This document shows positions 20,961 to 31,804 of a stretch of DNA of 64,000 bases, one piece after another. Position 1 is the first letter of the stretch. The number at the start of each line of letters is the position of its first letter. The DNA is from Gemmatimonadaceae bacterium (GTDB lineage Bacteria; Gemmatimonadota; Gemmatimonadetes; Gemmatimonadales; Gemmatimonadaceae): assembly GCA_040901985.1 (NCBI GenBank), contig JBBDYC010000017.1, positions 32,001 through 96,000 of the forward strand. The letters are read 5' to 3'. The notes under the pieces are model-generated. The model was not told where the DNA came from and did no database searches. It saw only the letters and a list, made by a program, of their open reading frames with translations. Both the position numbers and the translations under genes were made by a program.

Positions 20961-20975
20961 CCGGCGCCCGACCGA

Positions 20976-22172
20976 TCAGCCGGACGCCTTGCGTCGGCAG
21001 AATCGCCTTGTTGCCTCGGCAAAGATCCGCACGCCGGTCTCGAGCGCGCGCTCGTCAATGTCAAACCGCGGATGGTGGTGCGGATGGACGATCCCGGCAG
21101 CGGCGTTCCCCGCCCCGATGAAGAAGAAGGTCCCCGGCGCCTTTTGGAGGAACGCCGAGAAATCCTCGCCCCCCATCGTCGGCCGCAGCGTCACGAGCAC
21201 GTCCTCGCCGCAGACCGCCTCGACGACCGCCGCCAGTTCGCGCGTGACCTCGGCGTCGTTGATCACCGGTCGGTAGCCGCGTTCATACGTGAACTCGTAC
21301 GTGGCTCCGTGGGCCTCGGTGACACCGCGAATGATCCGCTCCATCACCTGGGGGATCCGCGTCCGGAGCTCCGCATCCGCCGTGCGCACGGTGCCGTTCA
21401 GCTCGGCGACCTCGGGAATCACGTTGTGCGCCGTCCCGGCGTGGAACTGCGTGACGCTCACCACCGCGCTGTCGAGCGGATCCACGCCGCGCGAGACGAT
21501 CTGCTGGAGGTTCGTCACGACCTGCGCGCCTACCGCCACCGGGTCCACCGCCTGCTGGGGGATTGCCGCGTGCCCACCCTTGCCGCGCACGGTGATCCAG
21601 AAGGTGTCGGGCGCTGCCATCGCCGCCCCCTCGATCACGCCGACCTTCCCGACCTCCAGCGACGCCCAGAGGTGCGCGCCGATCACCCGTGCGACGCCGT
21701 CCATCACCCCCAGTTGCACCATCTCCTCGGCACCGCCCGGAAAGATCTCCTCGGCGTGCTGGAAGATGAATCGCACCTCGCCGGCGAGCGACTCCCGCTC
21801 GGCAAGCAGCTGCCGCGCCGCACCGAGCAGCATCGCCGTGTGGCCATCGTGGCCGCAGGCGTGCATCACGCCCGTGTTGGCGCTGGCGAATGGGAGTCCG
21901 GTCGTCTCGGTGATCGCCAGCGCATCCATATCGGCGCGGATTGCAAGCACCGACCCCGGCCGACCGGTGACGAGACGCGCCAACACGCTTGTCGCGGTCG
22001 GGCGCGAGATCTCGAGGCCGCCGAATCCGGCCAGCCTATCGTGCACGAACTGCGCGGTCTGTTCCTCGTGAAACGACAGCTCGGGATGCCGGTGCAGGTG
22101 GCGGCGCCACTCAATGACCTGCTCGCGCAGCGCCGGCACGGGACCGCTGTCTGCGGTGGGCAGGGGCGTCAT
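20976..22172 (-). CDS. M20D amidohydrolase
   Basis: RRHLHRHPELS, RADMDAL, MHACGHDGH, AEE, GEDFS, HHPRFD. Confidence 0.94.
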   Translation of the reverse strand: MTPLPTADSGPVPALREQVIEWRRHLHRHPELSFHEEQTAQFVHDRLAGFGGLEISRPTATSVLARLVTGRPGSVLAIRADMDALAITETTGLPFASANTGVMHACGHDGHTAMLLGAARQLLAERESLAGEVRFIFQHAEEIFPGGAEEMVQLGVMDGVARVIGAHLWASLEVGKVGVIEGAAMAAPDTFWITVRGKGGHAAIPQQAVDPVAVGAQVVTNLQQIVSRGVDPLDSAVVSVTQFHAGTAHNVIPEVAELNGTVRTADAELRTRIPQVMERIIRGVTEAHGATYEFTYERGYRPVINDAEVTRELAAVVEAVCGEDVLVTLRPTMGGEDFSAFLQKAPGTFFFIGAGNAAAGIVHPHHHPRFDIDERALETGVRIFAEATRRFCRRKASG

Positions 22173-22355
22173 GCGGTGGCTGGGCTGGCTTTCCTGGCGG
22201 CGAGCGCGAGGGCAATGTGTCCGACGAACACGGTGGCTCCGCTGAGGGGACTCCCCCAAGCTTAGGGCACGCCCCGTCATTCTGCGACTGGGGGCACTGC
22301 CAGCGCCCAGCGGCTGGACCGCGTAGAGTTCGTTGTCCCCCTTTCCCACGAGACG

Positions 22356-23015
22356 ATGCCAGCTTTCAGGTCGTTCGCGCCCGCCGCGCTCCTTTTCTAC
22401 CGGCAGCCGGAAGGGGGCGGCGGCGGATTCGGCGACCCACGCAACCGCCGCTACCAGACCACGGAGTCGCGCTTCAACACCCTGCTCCTGATGGGAGAGG
22501 CGATGGTCGAATGGCAGGAGGTCGACCATCCGCAGTTCGGGCGCATCGAGGTCGGCGGGATGAAGAAGAACTTCGGCCGGGTCGAACCGGGCTTCCTGCT
22601 CCAGTCCGACGCGCACCGGAACATGATGTTCACGCTCTTCCAGACGTCACAGATGCCGCTGGTCGAGGTGGATTCGGTGACGACGCGGCCCCTCGGCGGT
22701 GGGTTGACCGAGGTGACGGCAGTCGTGGTGAATCGGCGGATTGCGCCGACGCATACGCAGCAGGATGTCGAAAACCGCATCTCGCGGCCCAACCTGATCA
22801 CGCTCACCGGCGGTCGCGTGGTCGCCGGATTCGTGATTGACAACCCGCTCAGCGGCGACGCGACGGAGCAGAAGCGCGACCCGGCGACGATCCGCGTCGC
22901 GAACATCCCCGGTCAGGGGATCGTGCGGGTGCGATGGATCGTGCAGGGGGCGGGCCCGTACACGGTGACTGCCGACTCGCCGAAGGGCGGAGTGGCGACG
23001 GGCCGCTCGCGGTAA
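22356..23015 (+). pseudogene. Probable internally deleted M14-type peptidase: signal-peptide start fused in frame to a C-terminal region
   Basis: MPAFRSFAPAALL runs straight into FYRQPEGGG...VDHPQFGRIEVGG...HRNMMF, which I recognise as the C-terminal part of secreted M14 peptidases; no Zn-binding motifs. Confidence 0.6.
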
Positions 23016-23028
23016 GGCGGGAGCGACG

Positions 23029-25536
23029 CTAGACGACGATGCTGAGCAGTCGTCCCGGGACGAGGATGACCTTCTTCGGCTCGCCGGTGATGAACTTCGC
23101 GATCCCCGCATCGGCGCGCGCCGCGGCGAGGGCCTCGTCCGACGTCACCGTCGTCGGGACGGTGACCTTGCCGCGCGTCTTCCCGCCGACCTGCACCACG
23201 AGTTCCACCGTTTCGCGCGCGAGGAGCGACGGGTCGAACGCCGGCCACCGCGAGTCGAAGACACCCGTCCGGTGGCCGAGCATCTCCCAGAGCTCCTCGG
23301 CGATGTGCGGCGCGAAGGGCGCCACCAGCTGGACAAGCGGCTCCACCTCGGCGCGGTGCGGGGTGCGTTCACCGCGGCGCAACGTGTTCATGTACTCCAT
23401 CATCGCCGCGATCGCCGTGTTGTAGCTCAGCGCGGGGATGTCCCCACCGACCTTCTTGATCGTCGCGTGGAGCTTGCGCTGCACCTCGTCATCGGCGGCG
23501 CCCTCGTCGCTGCAGTCGCGCACCGACGCCCAGAGGCGGTCGAGGAACCGCCGGACCCCGCTGATCCCCGCATCGCGGAAATCCCCGCCCTCCTCGAACG
23601 GCCCCAGGAACATCAGGTAGGTGCGGAAGGCGTCGGCGCCCCACTCGTCGATGTACTCGTCGGGATTCACCACATTTCCCTTTGACTTCGACATCTTCGC
23701 GCCGTCGCGGATGATCAACCCGTGCGCACGGAAGCGCGTGAACGGCTCCTCGAAGTCGAGCCGGCCCGCGTCGTGCAGCACCATCGTGATGAAGCGCGCA
23801 TAGAGCAGGTGCAGCACGGCGTGCTCGTTTCCGCCGATGTACGTCGTCACCGGCAGCCACTTGCGGGTGAGGGCCGGATCGAAGGCCACGTCGTCGCGCG
23901 GCACGCTCGGGTAGCGCAGGAAGTACCATGCGCTGTCGAGAAATGTGTCGCTGACGTCGGTCTCGCGGCGCGCCAGCTTCCCGCAGCGCGGACAGGGCAC
24001 GCGGTACCACTGCTCGTGCCGCGCCAGCGGCGACACGCCCGAGTCATCTGGCTTGAAGTCGGCGACATTCGGCAGTACCACCGGCAGCTGGTCCTCGGGC
24101 ACCGGCACCGTGCCGCAGGCGTCGCAGTAGATGATCGGGATCGGCGGACCCCAGTAGCGCTGCCGGGAGATGCACCAGTCGTGCAGGCGATAGTGCGTCA
24201 CCGGCTCGCCGGCGCGGCGCGCGGCGAGCCAAGCGCTGACCTTCGGGATGGCCTCACTCACGCCGAGTCCGTCGAACTCCCCGGAGTTCACCAGGACGCC
24301 GTCCCCAGGGTAGGCACCGTCGGCCAACGGCGTCCTCGCGGTCTGCCCCTCGCCGGCGACGACCCGCTCGATCGGCAGCTCGAACTTCGTCGCGAACTCG
24401 AAGTCGCGCTCGTCGTGCCCCGGCACCGCCATGATCGCGCCGGTGCCGTATTCCATCAGCACATAGTCGGCGATCCAGACGGGGATCATCTCCCCGGTGG
24501 CCGGATTCACCGCGTATGCCCCGGTGAACTCGCCCGTCTTCTCCCTGTTCGTCCGGCGCGTAACGAGGTCCTGCCGGGCCGCACGGGCGCGGTAGTCGGC
24601 CACCACGCCCGCCTGCATCGGCGCGGTGATCTCGTCCACCAGCGGATGCTCCGGCGCGAGCACCAGATAGGTCGCGCCGAAGATCGTGTCCGGGCGCGTG
24701 GTGAACACCTCGATCTCGGTGCCGCCGGTGCGCACCTCGGTCGTCACCGCCACCACAGAGCTCCCGGCGTCGGTCAGCGGATCGAGGACGCGGAAGCGGA
24801 TCCGCGCACCGTCGGAGCGGCCAATCCAGTTCCGTTGCGCCTGCAGCGTCGTCGCCGACCAGTCGAGCGTGTCGAGATTCCCCAGCAGGCGCCCGGCGTA
24901 GTCCGAGATGCGGAAGAACCACTGCTCAAGGAAGCGCTGCTCGACCATCGCGCCGCAGCGCTCGCAGCGGCCGTCCACGACCTGCTCGTTGGCGAGCACC
25001 GTCTTGTCCGACGGACACCAGTTCACGGCCGCCGCCTTCTTGTAGGCGAGCCCCTGCTTGTAGAGCTGCAGGAAAAGCCACTGGGTCCACCTGTAGTAGG
25101 CCGGGTCGGTCGTGTCCACCGAGCGCGACCAGTCGGCCATCAGCCCGGCGCGGTCGAGCTGGCGACGGAAATTGGCGATGTTGCGCGGAATCAGCTCCAT
25201 CGGATGCACGCCGACCTTCAGCGCGTGGTTTTCCGAGTGGATCCCGAACGCGTCGTAGCCGAGCGGCTCGAACACCGTCCGGCCTTGCAAGCGCTGGAAC
25301 CGGGCGTAGATATCACATCCGGTGAACGCGAAGAGGTTCCCGACGTGCAGTCCCTCGGCAGAGGGGTACGGGAACATCATCAGGGCGTAGTACGGCCGCT
25401 CGCCGTGCTCGAGGTCGGTCTGGTGCGTGCCGCGGTCGGCCCAACGCTTCCGCCAGCGCCCCTCGACCACCGAGGGGTCGTAGCCGAGTGGCTCTGGAGC
25501 GGACCCAAAGGATGTGGTCGGAACGGAAGCTGTCAT
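23029..25536 (-). CDS. leuS: Leucine--tRNA ligase
   Basis: MFPYPS, HVGN (HIGH), [35 protein letters not shown]. Confidence 0.98.
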   Translation of the reverse strand: MTASVPTTSFGSAPEPLGYDPSVVEGRWRKRWADRGTHQTDLEHGERPYYALMMFPYPSAEGLHVGNLFAFTGCDIYARFQRLQGRTVFEPLGYDAFGIHSENHALKVGVHPMELIPRNIANFRRQLDRAGLMADWSRSVDTTDPAYYRWTQWLFLQLYKQGLAYKKAAAVNWCPSDKTVLANEQVVDGRCERCGAMVEQRFLEQWFFRISDYAGRLLGNLDTLDWSATTLQAQRNWIGRSDGARIRFRVLDPLTDAGSSVVAVTTEVRTGGTEIEVFTTRPDTIFGATYLVLAPEHPLVDEITAPMQAGVVADYRARAARQDLVTRRTNREKTGEFTGAYAVNPATGEMIPVWIADYVLMEYGTGAIMAVPGHDERDFEFATKFELPIERVVAGEGQTARTPLADGAYPGDGVLVNSGEFDGLGVSEAIPKVSAWLAARRAGEPVTHYRLHDWCISRQRYWGPPIPIIYCDACGTVPVPEDQLPVVLPNVADFKPDDSGVSPLARHEQWYRVPCPRCGKLARRETDVSDTFLDSAWYFLRYPSVPRDDVAFDPALTRKWLPVTTYIGGNEHAVLHLLYARFITMVLHDAGRLDFEEPFTRFRAHGLIIRDGAKMSKSKGNVVNPDEYIDEWGADAFRTYLMFLGPFEEGGDFRDAGISGVRRFLDRLWASVRDCSDEGAADDEVQRKLHATIKKVGGDIPALSYNTAIAAMMEYMNTLRRGERTPHRAEVEPLVQLVAPFAPHIAEELWEMLGHRTGVFDSRWPAFDPSLLARETVELVVQVGGKTRGKVTVPTTVTSDEALAAARADAGIAKFITGEPKKVILVPGRLLSIVV

Positions 25537-25610
25537 CGTCTGTGGAAGGGAATCTGATCAATTTAGCGGCCCCGGACCCGGGAACCAACACGCCCGCCGC
25601 GCCCGAGCGG

Positions 25611-26909
25611 GTGCGGACGCACATCATCGACCGGCTCACGAGCTGGGCGGCGATCGCGGGCATCGGCGGCTTCCTCCTCCTCGCGGTGCTCCGCTGGGAC
25701 CAGGTGGCCGCCCTCGTCGCGGCGGGCCACCTCTGGCTGCTGGTCGGTCTCGGGCTCGCGATCGCCGTCGCGGCTTCCGCGCTCGTCTTCCGCCTCGTCA
25801 TCTCGCCGGTCGTCGGCAATCAGTTGCGTGGCCTCGCCGACGTCGCCGAGGCGATCGCCGGTGGGGACCTGACACAGACGCCCGAAGCGGCGCGGGAAGG
25901 CGGCCAGCTCGGACGTCTCGCCCGCGCAATGATCGAGATGACTGGGACGCTCCGCCGCCTCGCCACGCTGATCCGCGACAACGCCGCCGAGACGGCGCAG
26001 CGGTCCACCGAGATCACGGCGAGCACCGAGCACATGGCCCAGGCCGCCTCGTCAATCGCCGAGACGGCGAGCGGGCTCAGCCATCAGGCGACGACGATGG
26101 CGGACACGATCCGTGCGCTGGCGCTCGACGCCAACCGGTTGACTGCCGTCGCCTCGACGGTCTCGACCGGCGCCGCCGAGGGCATCGCGCGGAACCAACG
26201 GCTGAAGGCGCTGGCCACCGAGAATCACGAGATCCTCAACGAGAGCGCGCGCCGTCTCGATGAACTCAACGAGGACGTGCAGGAGACCGCTCGGGCCGCG
26301 GAATCGCTCGCCACGGCGTCGGACCAGATCCGCGGGTTCGTGACGCTGGTGCAGAAGATCGCCCGCCAGTCGAAGCTGCTCGCCCTCAATGCGGCGATGG
26401 AGGCCTCGCGTGCCGGCGAGCACGGCGATGGATTCACCGTGGTTGCCAATGAAGTGCGCCGCCTCGCCCAGGGCACGTCGGAGGCCGCCGAGCACACCGA
26501 CCAGCTGATGAAGGAGCTGATCGCGCAGATGGAGATGGCCCGCGAGTCGAGTGCGCGGTCGCTGTCGACCGTCGAGACCGTGCGTGGCGCCACGGCGCGC
26601 GGGCGCCAGGCATTCACCCAGGTCGAGCGCGCCGTGGGCGAGGCCGACCAGTGGGTCGGCACGATGGCGTCATCGGCGGCCGCCGGAAACAACCTTGCGG
26701 TCGAGATCACCCAGAAGCTCGGCACCCTCTCCGATGGCACGCAGGCCTTTGCCAGTTCGATGCACGATGTTGCCGCGGCGAGCCAGGAGCAGAGCGCGAG
26801 CACCGAGGAGATTGCCGCCGCCGCCAACGCCCTCGCCGCCGCCGCCGATCGGGTCAGCGGAACGGCAGCGAGCTTCCGCACCGGGGAGCACCGCGCAAGA
26901 AAGGGGTGA
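25611..26909 (+). CDS. Methyl-accepting chemotaxis protein (2 TM, HAMP, signalling domain); start uncertain
   Basis: [37 protein letters not shown]. Confidence 0.9.
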   Translation: MRTHIIDRLTSWAAIAGIGGFLLLAVLRWDQVAALVAAGHLWLLVGLGLAIAVAASALVFRLVISPVVGNQLRGLADVAEAIAGGDLTQTPEAAREGGQLGRLARAMIEMTGTLRRLATLIRDNAAETAQRSTEITASTEHMAQAASSIAETASGLSHQATTMADTIRALALDANRLTAVASTVSTGAAEGIARNQRLKALATENHEILNESARRLDELNEDVQETARAAESLATASDQIRGFVTLVQKIARQSKLLALNAAMEASRAGEHGDGFTVVANEVRRLAQGTSEAAEHTDQLMKELIAQMEMARESSARSLSTVETVRGATARGRQAFTQVERAVGEADQWVGTMASSAAAGNNLAVEITQKLGTLSDGTQAFASSMHDVAAASQEQSASTEEIAAAANALAAAADRVSGTAASFRTGEHRARKG

Positions 26910-27009
26910 GGTGGGAGGTGCGAGGTGTACGGGTTGAGGTCCAAGAGGGGCGCCAGGCAGGTCCAGGTGCCCCCTCACACCTCACCCCTCACCCCTCACC
27001 CCTGCCTCA
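26903..27009. repeat. Inverted arrays of heptanucleotide repeats (GG(G/T)GNGA / TCACCCC) between convergent genes
   Basis: ggggtga-ggtggga-ggtgcga-ggtgtac-gggttga at 26903-26937 and tcacacc-tcacccc x3 at 26975-27002. Confidence 0.75.
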
Positions 27010-28077
27010 CCGTGGTCTCTCCGACCGGGCGAATAAGTACGCGCACGGCTCCACGCGCGCCCCGCGCTCGTCGCATACCGCGAACCGCGCGCCCTCATAG
27101 AGCGCCGCGCCAGCGTAGCGCCCGTCCTTTGCCAGCGCGTAGAACTGCAGGTCGAACCGCGGCCGGCCGCGCGAGTCGAGCAGCCGCGATTCGGTCATCG
27201 CCACCACACGCTCGAGCGTCTTGAGCGCCGCCGCCTGCGGCGCGAGGCCCTGGCGAAGGAACTCCACCGTCAGGAAGGCCCCGCACACCTTGATGTTTGC
27301 CTCGCCGCGCCCCGTTGAGCCCGCCGCGCCCACGGTGTTGTCGCAGTATTGGCCCGCCCCGATGATCGGCGAGTCGCCGACGCGGCCCGGGACCTTCCAC
27401 CCCATCCCGCTCGTCGTCGTCACCGAGCTGATGTCCCCCGCCGCGTCCACCGCGTTCATGTTGATCGTGCCGCTCGTGAACCTGATGTCCACGTCGCCGG
27501 TGTAGTCGAGATACGCATCGGTCGGATTCCGGGTTGCCCGCCAGCGCAGCCAGTCCTGGCGCGTCTTGTCGGTCAGCAGGTCCTGTGTCTTGAATCCCAT
27601 CTCCACCGCGAAGCGCCGCGCATCGCTGCCGACAAGCAGGATGTGGTCGGTGTAGTCCATCACCGCCTTGGCGACGAGACTCGGCGTCGCGATGTCCTCG
27701 AGGCAGCCGACCGCTCCGGCGCGACGGGTCGGACCGTGCATGCAGCTCGCGTCGAGTTGGACGACGCCCGCGGCGTTCGGGAGGCCTCCGAGGCCCACCG
27801 ACTGATCGTCCGGATCGAGTTCCTGGATGTTCACGCCGGCGACGATCGCGTCGAGCGTGTCGCGCCCCGCCACGATCTGGTCGTAGGCGACCCTGACGCC
27901 GCGCAGGCCGTTGGCGGAGGCAACGACCGTGGGCCGGGCCCGGCGGGCAATCGGTCCGGCTGCGCCAGCGGCGCCGGCAGCCCCGGCGGCCCCGACGAAG
28001 CGGGGCGCAAGGGACGAGGCAGCGACGGCGGCTGCGGCAGCGGCAAGGAAGTCGCGGCGAGAGGGCGGTGTGGGCAT
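27007..28077 (-). CDS. Tat-exported N(4)-(beta-N-acetylglucosaminyl)-L-asparaginase (Ntn hydrolase)
   Basis: SRRDFL Tat motif, SVGLGGLP, QLDASCM, GRVGDSPIIGAG, STGRGE. Confidence 0.92.
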   Translation of the reverse strand: MPTPPSRRDFLAAAAAAVAASSLAPRFVGAAGAAGAAGAAGPIARRARPTVVASANGLRGVRVAYDQIVAGRDTLDAIVAGVNIQELDPDDQSVGLGGLPNAAGVVQLDASCMHGPTRRAGAVGCLEDIATPSLVAKAVMDYTDHILLVGSDARRFAVEMGFKTQDLLTDKTRQDWLRWRATRNPTDAYLDYTGDVDIRFTSGTINMNAVDAAGDISSVTTTSGMGWKVPGRVGDSPIIGAGQYCDNTVGAAGSTGRGEANIKVCGAFLTVEFLRQGLAPQAAALKTLERVVAMTESRLLDSRGRPRFDLQFYALAKDGRYAGAALYEGARFAVCDERGARVEPCAYLFARSERPR

Positions 28078-28191
28078 CGGAGTCCTGGCGGAAGGGGAGG
28101 TCGCCCGAAGCTACCGCGCCGTGCCCTCGGGCGTGAGGCGGACCGTTCACCGAGGTCCCGGGCGGGCGCGCGAAGTGTAACTTTCAGCCAT

Positions 28192-29995
28192 ATGGGCACC
28201 GCCAATCTCGCTGAGATCCCGTTCTTCGCCGAGCTCCCTGACCAACTCCTCTGGCATCTCGGCCGCGCCGCCGAAACGGTCTCCTACGCACCCGATGACC
28301 GTCTCTTTCGGAGCGGAAGTCCGCGGCAGGCCATCTGGGTGATCCTCGAAGGCACGCTCGCCATCGAAACCGCCTTCGGCGACCTGCCGACGCGCTTGGC
28401 GACCCTCGGGGCCGGCGACGTGATCGGCGAGAGTCTCCTCCTGCAGGACGAGACGCACCACACCGAAGGGCGCGTCCTCCAGCCGCTCAAGGCGCTGCGC
28501 TTCGACCGCGCGGTCGGCCCGGGTGATCGCCGACCGCCTCAAGCGCGCCGACGCGTCCATTTCCGGTCGCAACCGGCTGGCCGGCTTCGGCGGTCCGACG
28601 CGCCGTGAGCACGACCTGCTCGGCGAGCGCGAGGTCCCTGAGGCTGCGCTCTACGGCGTACAGACCCTCCGCGCGATCGAGAACTTCCCGATCACCGGCG
28701 TCACCCTGCAGGCGTTTCCCGAACTCATCACCGCGCTCGCCCAGGTGAAGGAGGCGGCGGCACGCGCCAATCACGACCTCGGCCATCTCACCGACGACGT
28801 CGCCGACGCGATCATCCGCGCCTGCCACGAAATCCAGACCGGTGCGCACCACGAGCACTTTCGCGTGGACATGGTCCAGGGCGGCGCCGGCACCTCGACC
28901 AACATGAACGCCAACGAGGTCATCGCCAACCGCGCGCTCGAGCTCCTCGGCGAGCCGCGCGGCAACTACGATCGCGTCCACCCGAACAGCCACGTCAACC
29001 TCGCGCAGAGCACCAACGACGTCTATCCCACCGCGGTCCGGCTCGCGTTGCACTATGCGATCGGCGGGCTGCAGCAGCAGATGCGCGGCCTCGTCGCCGC
29101 CTTCCTCGCCAAGGGCGCCGAGTTCACGCACCACGTGAAGATGGGCCGCACGCAGCTGCAGGACGCCGTGCCGATGACGCTCGGCCAGGAGTTCGCCGCC
29201 TTCGGCCACACCATCGCCGAGGACGTGGATCGGCTCGAGGAGGCGAAGGCGCTGATCCGCGAGATCAATATGGGTGCGACCGCGATCGGCACCGGCATCA
29301 ACGCGCCCGCCGGGTACGCCGAACACGTCCGGGAACACCTGTCGAAGGTGACCGGCCTCCAGCTGATCACCGCTCCCGACCTCGTCGAGGCGACCAGCGA
29401 CACCGGCGCGCTCGTCCAGCTCTCCGGCGTCCTCAAGCGCTGCGCGGTGAAGCTCTCGAAGATCTGCAACGACCTGCGGCTCCTCTCGAGCGGCCCCCGG
29501 GCCGGCTTCGGCGAGATCAGCCTCCCGACAATGCAACCAGGGTCGAGCATCATGCCGGGCAAGGTCAACCCGGTGATTCCCGAGGCGGTCAACCAGGTTT
29601 GCTTTGACGTGATCGGTGGCGATATGACGGTCACGATGGCCGCCGAGGCGGGGCAACTGCAGTTGAATGTGTTCGAGCCGATCATCGTGTTCCGGCTTCT
29701 GCGCCACATCAGCGCGCTCCGGAACGCCTGCCGCATCCTGAACGAGAAGTGTGTCGTCGGCATCGAGGCCAACCCGGCCGTGATGCGCAACTTCGTGGAC
29801 CGCTCGATCGGCCTCGTCACCGCCCTTGTTCCTACGCTGGGGTACGACCAGTGCACGGCCCTGGCGAAGGAGGCGCTCGACACCGGCCGCGGCGTCGCTG
29901 AGCTCGTGCTCGAGCAGAAGCTCCTGACCCGAAAGCAGCTCGATGCGATCCTTGACCCGAAGCAGATGACGGTCGGACCGCAGAAAAAGCGGTAG
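28192..29995 (+). pseudogene. aspA: cNMP-binding domain fused to aspartate ammonia-lyase, frameshifted near 28510-28522 (AspA part 28523-29995 is open)
   Basis: IPFF...LGAGDVIGE cNMP domain from ATG 28192; QGGAGTSTNMN, GRTQLQDA, GSSIMPGKVNP in a different frame. Confidence 0.85.
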
Positions 29996-30032
29996 GGCGC
30001 GGTTACCCTCACACCTCTCACCTGGTGGTAAG

Positions 30033-30407
30033 ATGGCTGGCCTGAAGCTCGACGGCGCGGGCGCGCAGAAGATGAAGACGATCGAGGAATCGCTGGTGAC
30101 CATCCAGACCATCCACGGCCTGGTGGAGCGGATGGCCATCGAGGTCAAGAACAACAAGGGCGCGGGCTCGATTCCCTCGGCGATCAAGCGGATTTCCATC
30201 CCGTTGCAGGGCCAGTTGAAGGGCCAGTTCGGCCCGATTGCCGACATCGTCTCGGCGATGATCCTGGCGCTCGGGCGCGGGGGCGGCGACCAGGTCCGCG
30301 TCCGCACGGCGCGCGAATACGTCGGGATGCTCCGGCAGGCGCTCGACTTCGCGCAGAACAAGGTCAAGAAGGATCATTCCGTGGCGATCGAGACCTCGGG
30401 CGACTGA
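30033..30407 (+). CDS. Hypothetical helical protein
   Basis: Clean host-like codon usage, fills the gap between aspA and the cox operon. Confidence 0.7.
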   Translation: MAGLKLDGAGAQKMKTIEESLVTIQTIHGLVERMAIEVKNNKGAGSIPSAIKRISIPLQGQLKGQFGPIADIVSAMILALGRGGGDQVRVRTAREYVGMLRQALDFAQNKVKKDHSVAIETSGD

Positions 30408-30541
30408 TCCGGCAGGCGGTGTTCGCCTTGCCCCTCCCCCAAGGCCGGGATAACTTCTCCCGGTTCCAATCCACGTCCCAAATTGGCGGTCGCGACCGAC
30501 GGTCCGTGGTCGCGGTGCTATTCCCCCAGCCACGAGACCCG

Positions 30542-31786
30542 ATGTCGATGCTGCGCCTGCGCCAGGCAGCACCAGCGATGCTCATTGCGGCCATCCTGCT
30601 GGCGCTCACCGCGTGCGGTACGGAGTATCCGAACTCCACGTTCAATCACCATACGGATTTCAACGCATCAATCGACGCCCTCTGGGACCTGCTGCTCTTC
30701 TGGGGCACGATTGTCTTCATCGTCGTCGAGACAGCGCTGGTCGTCACAATCATCCGGTTCCGGAAGCGGCCCGGCGGACCGGCCGCCAAGGCGATCCACG
30801 GCAACGCGGCGCTGGAGATTGCCTGGACGGCCATCCCCGCGGTGATCCTCGTCCTGATTGCCGTGCCCACCGTGCGGACGATCTTCCAGACGCAGGCGCA
30901 GGCGCCGGCCGGCGCGATCACCGTCGAGGTCATCGGCCACCAGTGGTGGTGGGAGTTCCGCTACCCGGAATACGGCATCACCACCGCCAACGAGATTTAC
31001 CTCCCGGTCGGGCGCCCGGCGAACTTCGTGCTCAAGTCGAAGGACGTGATCCATTCATTCTGGATCCCCCAGATGGGCGGCAAGCGCGACGTGATCACGA
31101 ACAGGACGAATTATCTCTGGTTTACGCCCAACGCCGACCTCGGCACGCAGGCGTGGAACGGGTTCTGCGTCGAGTACTGCGGGACGAGCCACGCGAACAT
31201 GCGGTTCCGGCTGTTCACGGTGCAGCCCGAGGAGTTCGCGTCGTGGGCGGCGCACCAGGCCAGGCCTGCGCTCCCGCACACGCCGCCGCCGGCACCACCG
31301 GTCACCCCCACTGCCCGCCGCGGCGGCGCCGCGCAGTCGGCGACCGAGCCGGCGACGGCCGAGGTCGGGTACGTCTTCCCGCGCGAGTTGCTCCCCGACC
31401 ACGTGGTACCGCGGACGCCGATCCCCGCCGGCCTCACCTATGACGACACGCTCCTCCCGCAGGGCGACGCCGCCCGCGGCCAGCAGCTCTTCGTCTTCTG
31501 CATCGCCTGCCACACCGTGCAAGGCAACCCGATGGCGGTCGGCGTCCTCGCGCCCGACCTCACGCACGTCGCGTCCCGGCATACGATTGCCGGCGGGCTC
31601 TTTCCCAACGAGCCGCAGGTCCTCGCGCGCTGGATCAAGAACGCCAAGAAGATGAAGCCCGGCGCCATCATGAACGTGTTCGGCCTCGGCGAGTACGAAC
31701 CCGCCCTCAAGCGCAACGTCACGCAGGGCGGCTTCGATGACCGGCAGATCGCCGACATCGTGGCCTACCTGCAGACGCTCAAGTGA
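30542..31786 (+). CDS. coxB: Cytochrome c oxidase subunit II with fused cytochrome c (caa3 type)
   Basis: Lipobox LTAC, GHQWWW, CuA ligands IHSFW and CVEYCGTSHANM, C-terminal CIACH. Confidence 0.95.
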   Translation: MSMLRLRQAAPAMLIAAILLALTACGTEYPNSTFNHHTDFNASIDALWDLLLFWGTIVFIVVETALVVTIIRFRKRPGGPAAKAIHGNAALEIAWTAIPAVILVLIAVPTVRTIFQTQAQAPAGAITVEVIGHQWWWEFRYPEYGITTANEIYLPVGRPANFVLKSKDVIHSFWIPQMGGKRDVITNRTNYLWFTPNADLGTQAWNGFCVEYCGTSHANMRFRLFTVQPEEFASWAAHQARPALPHTPPPAPPVTPTARRGGAAQSATEPATAEVGYVFPRELLPDHVVPRTPIPAGLTYDDTLLPQGDAARGQQLFVFCIACHTVQGNPMAVGVLAPDLTHVASRHTIAGGLFPNEPQVLARWIKNAKKMKPGAIMNVFGLGEYEPALKRNVTQGGFDDRQIADIVAYLQTLK

Positions 31787-31804
31787 TCCGGAGACCCTGA
31801 GACC

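Noticed and set aside
25488..25610. Head-to-head overlap of the MCP and leuS genes
   Set aside because: Artefact of the longest-ORF start; a downstream GTG at 25611 removes the overlap
26903..27009. Repeats as a CRISPR array
   Set aside because: 7-nt period, no spacers and no cas genes
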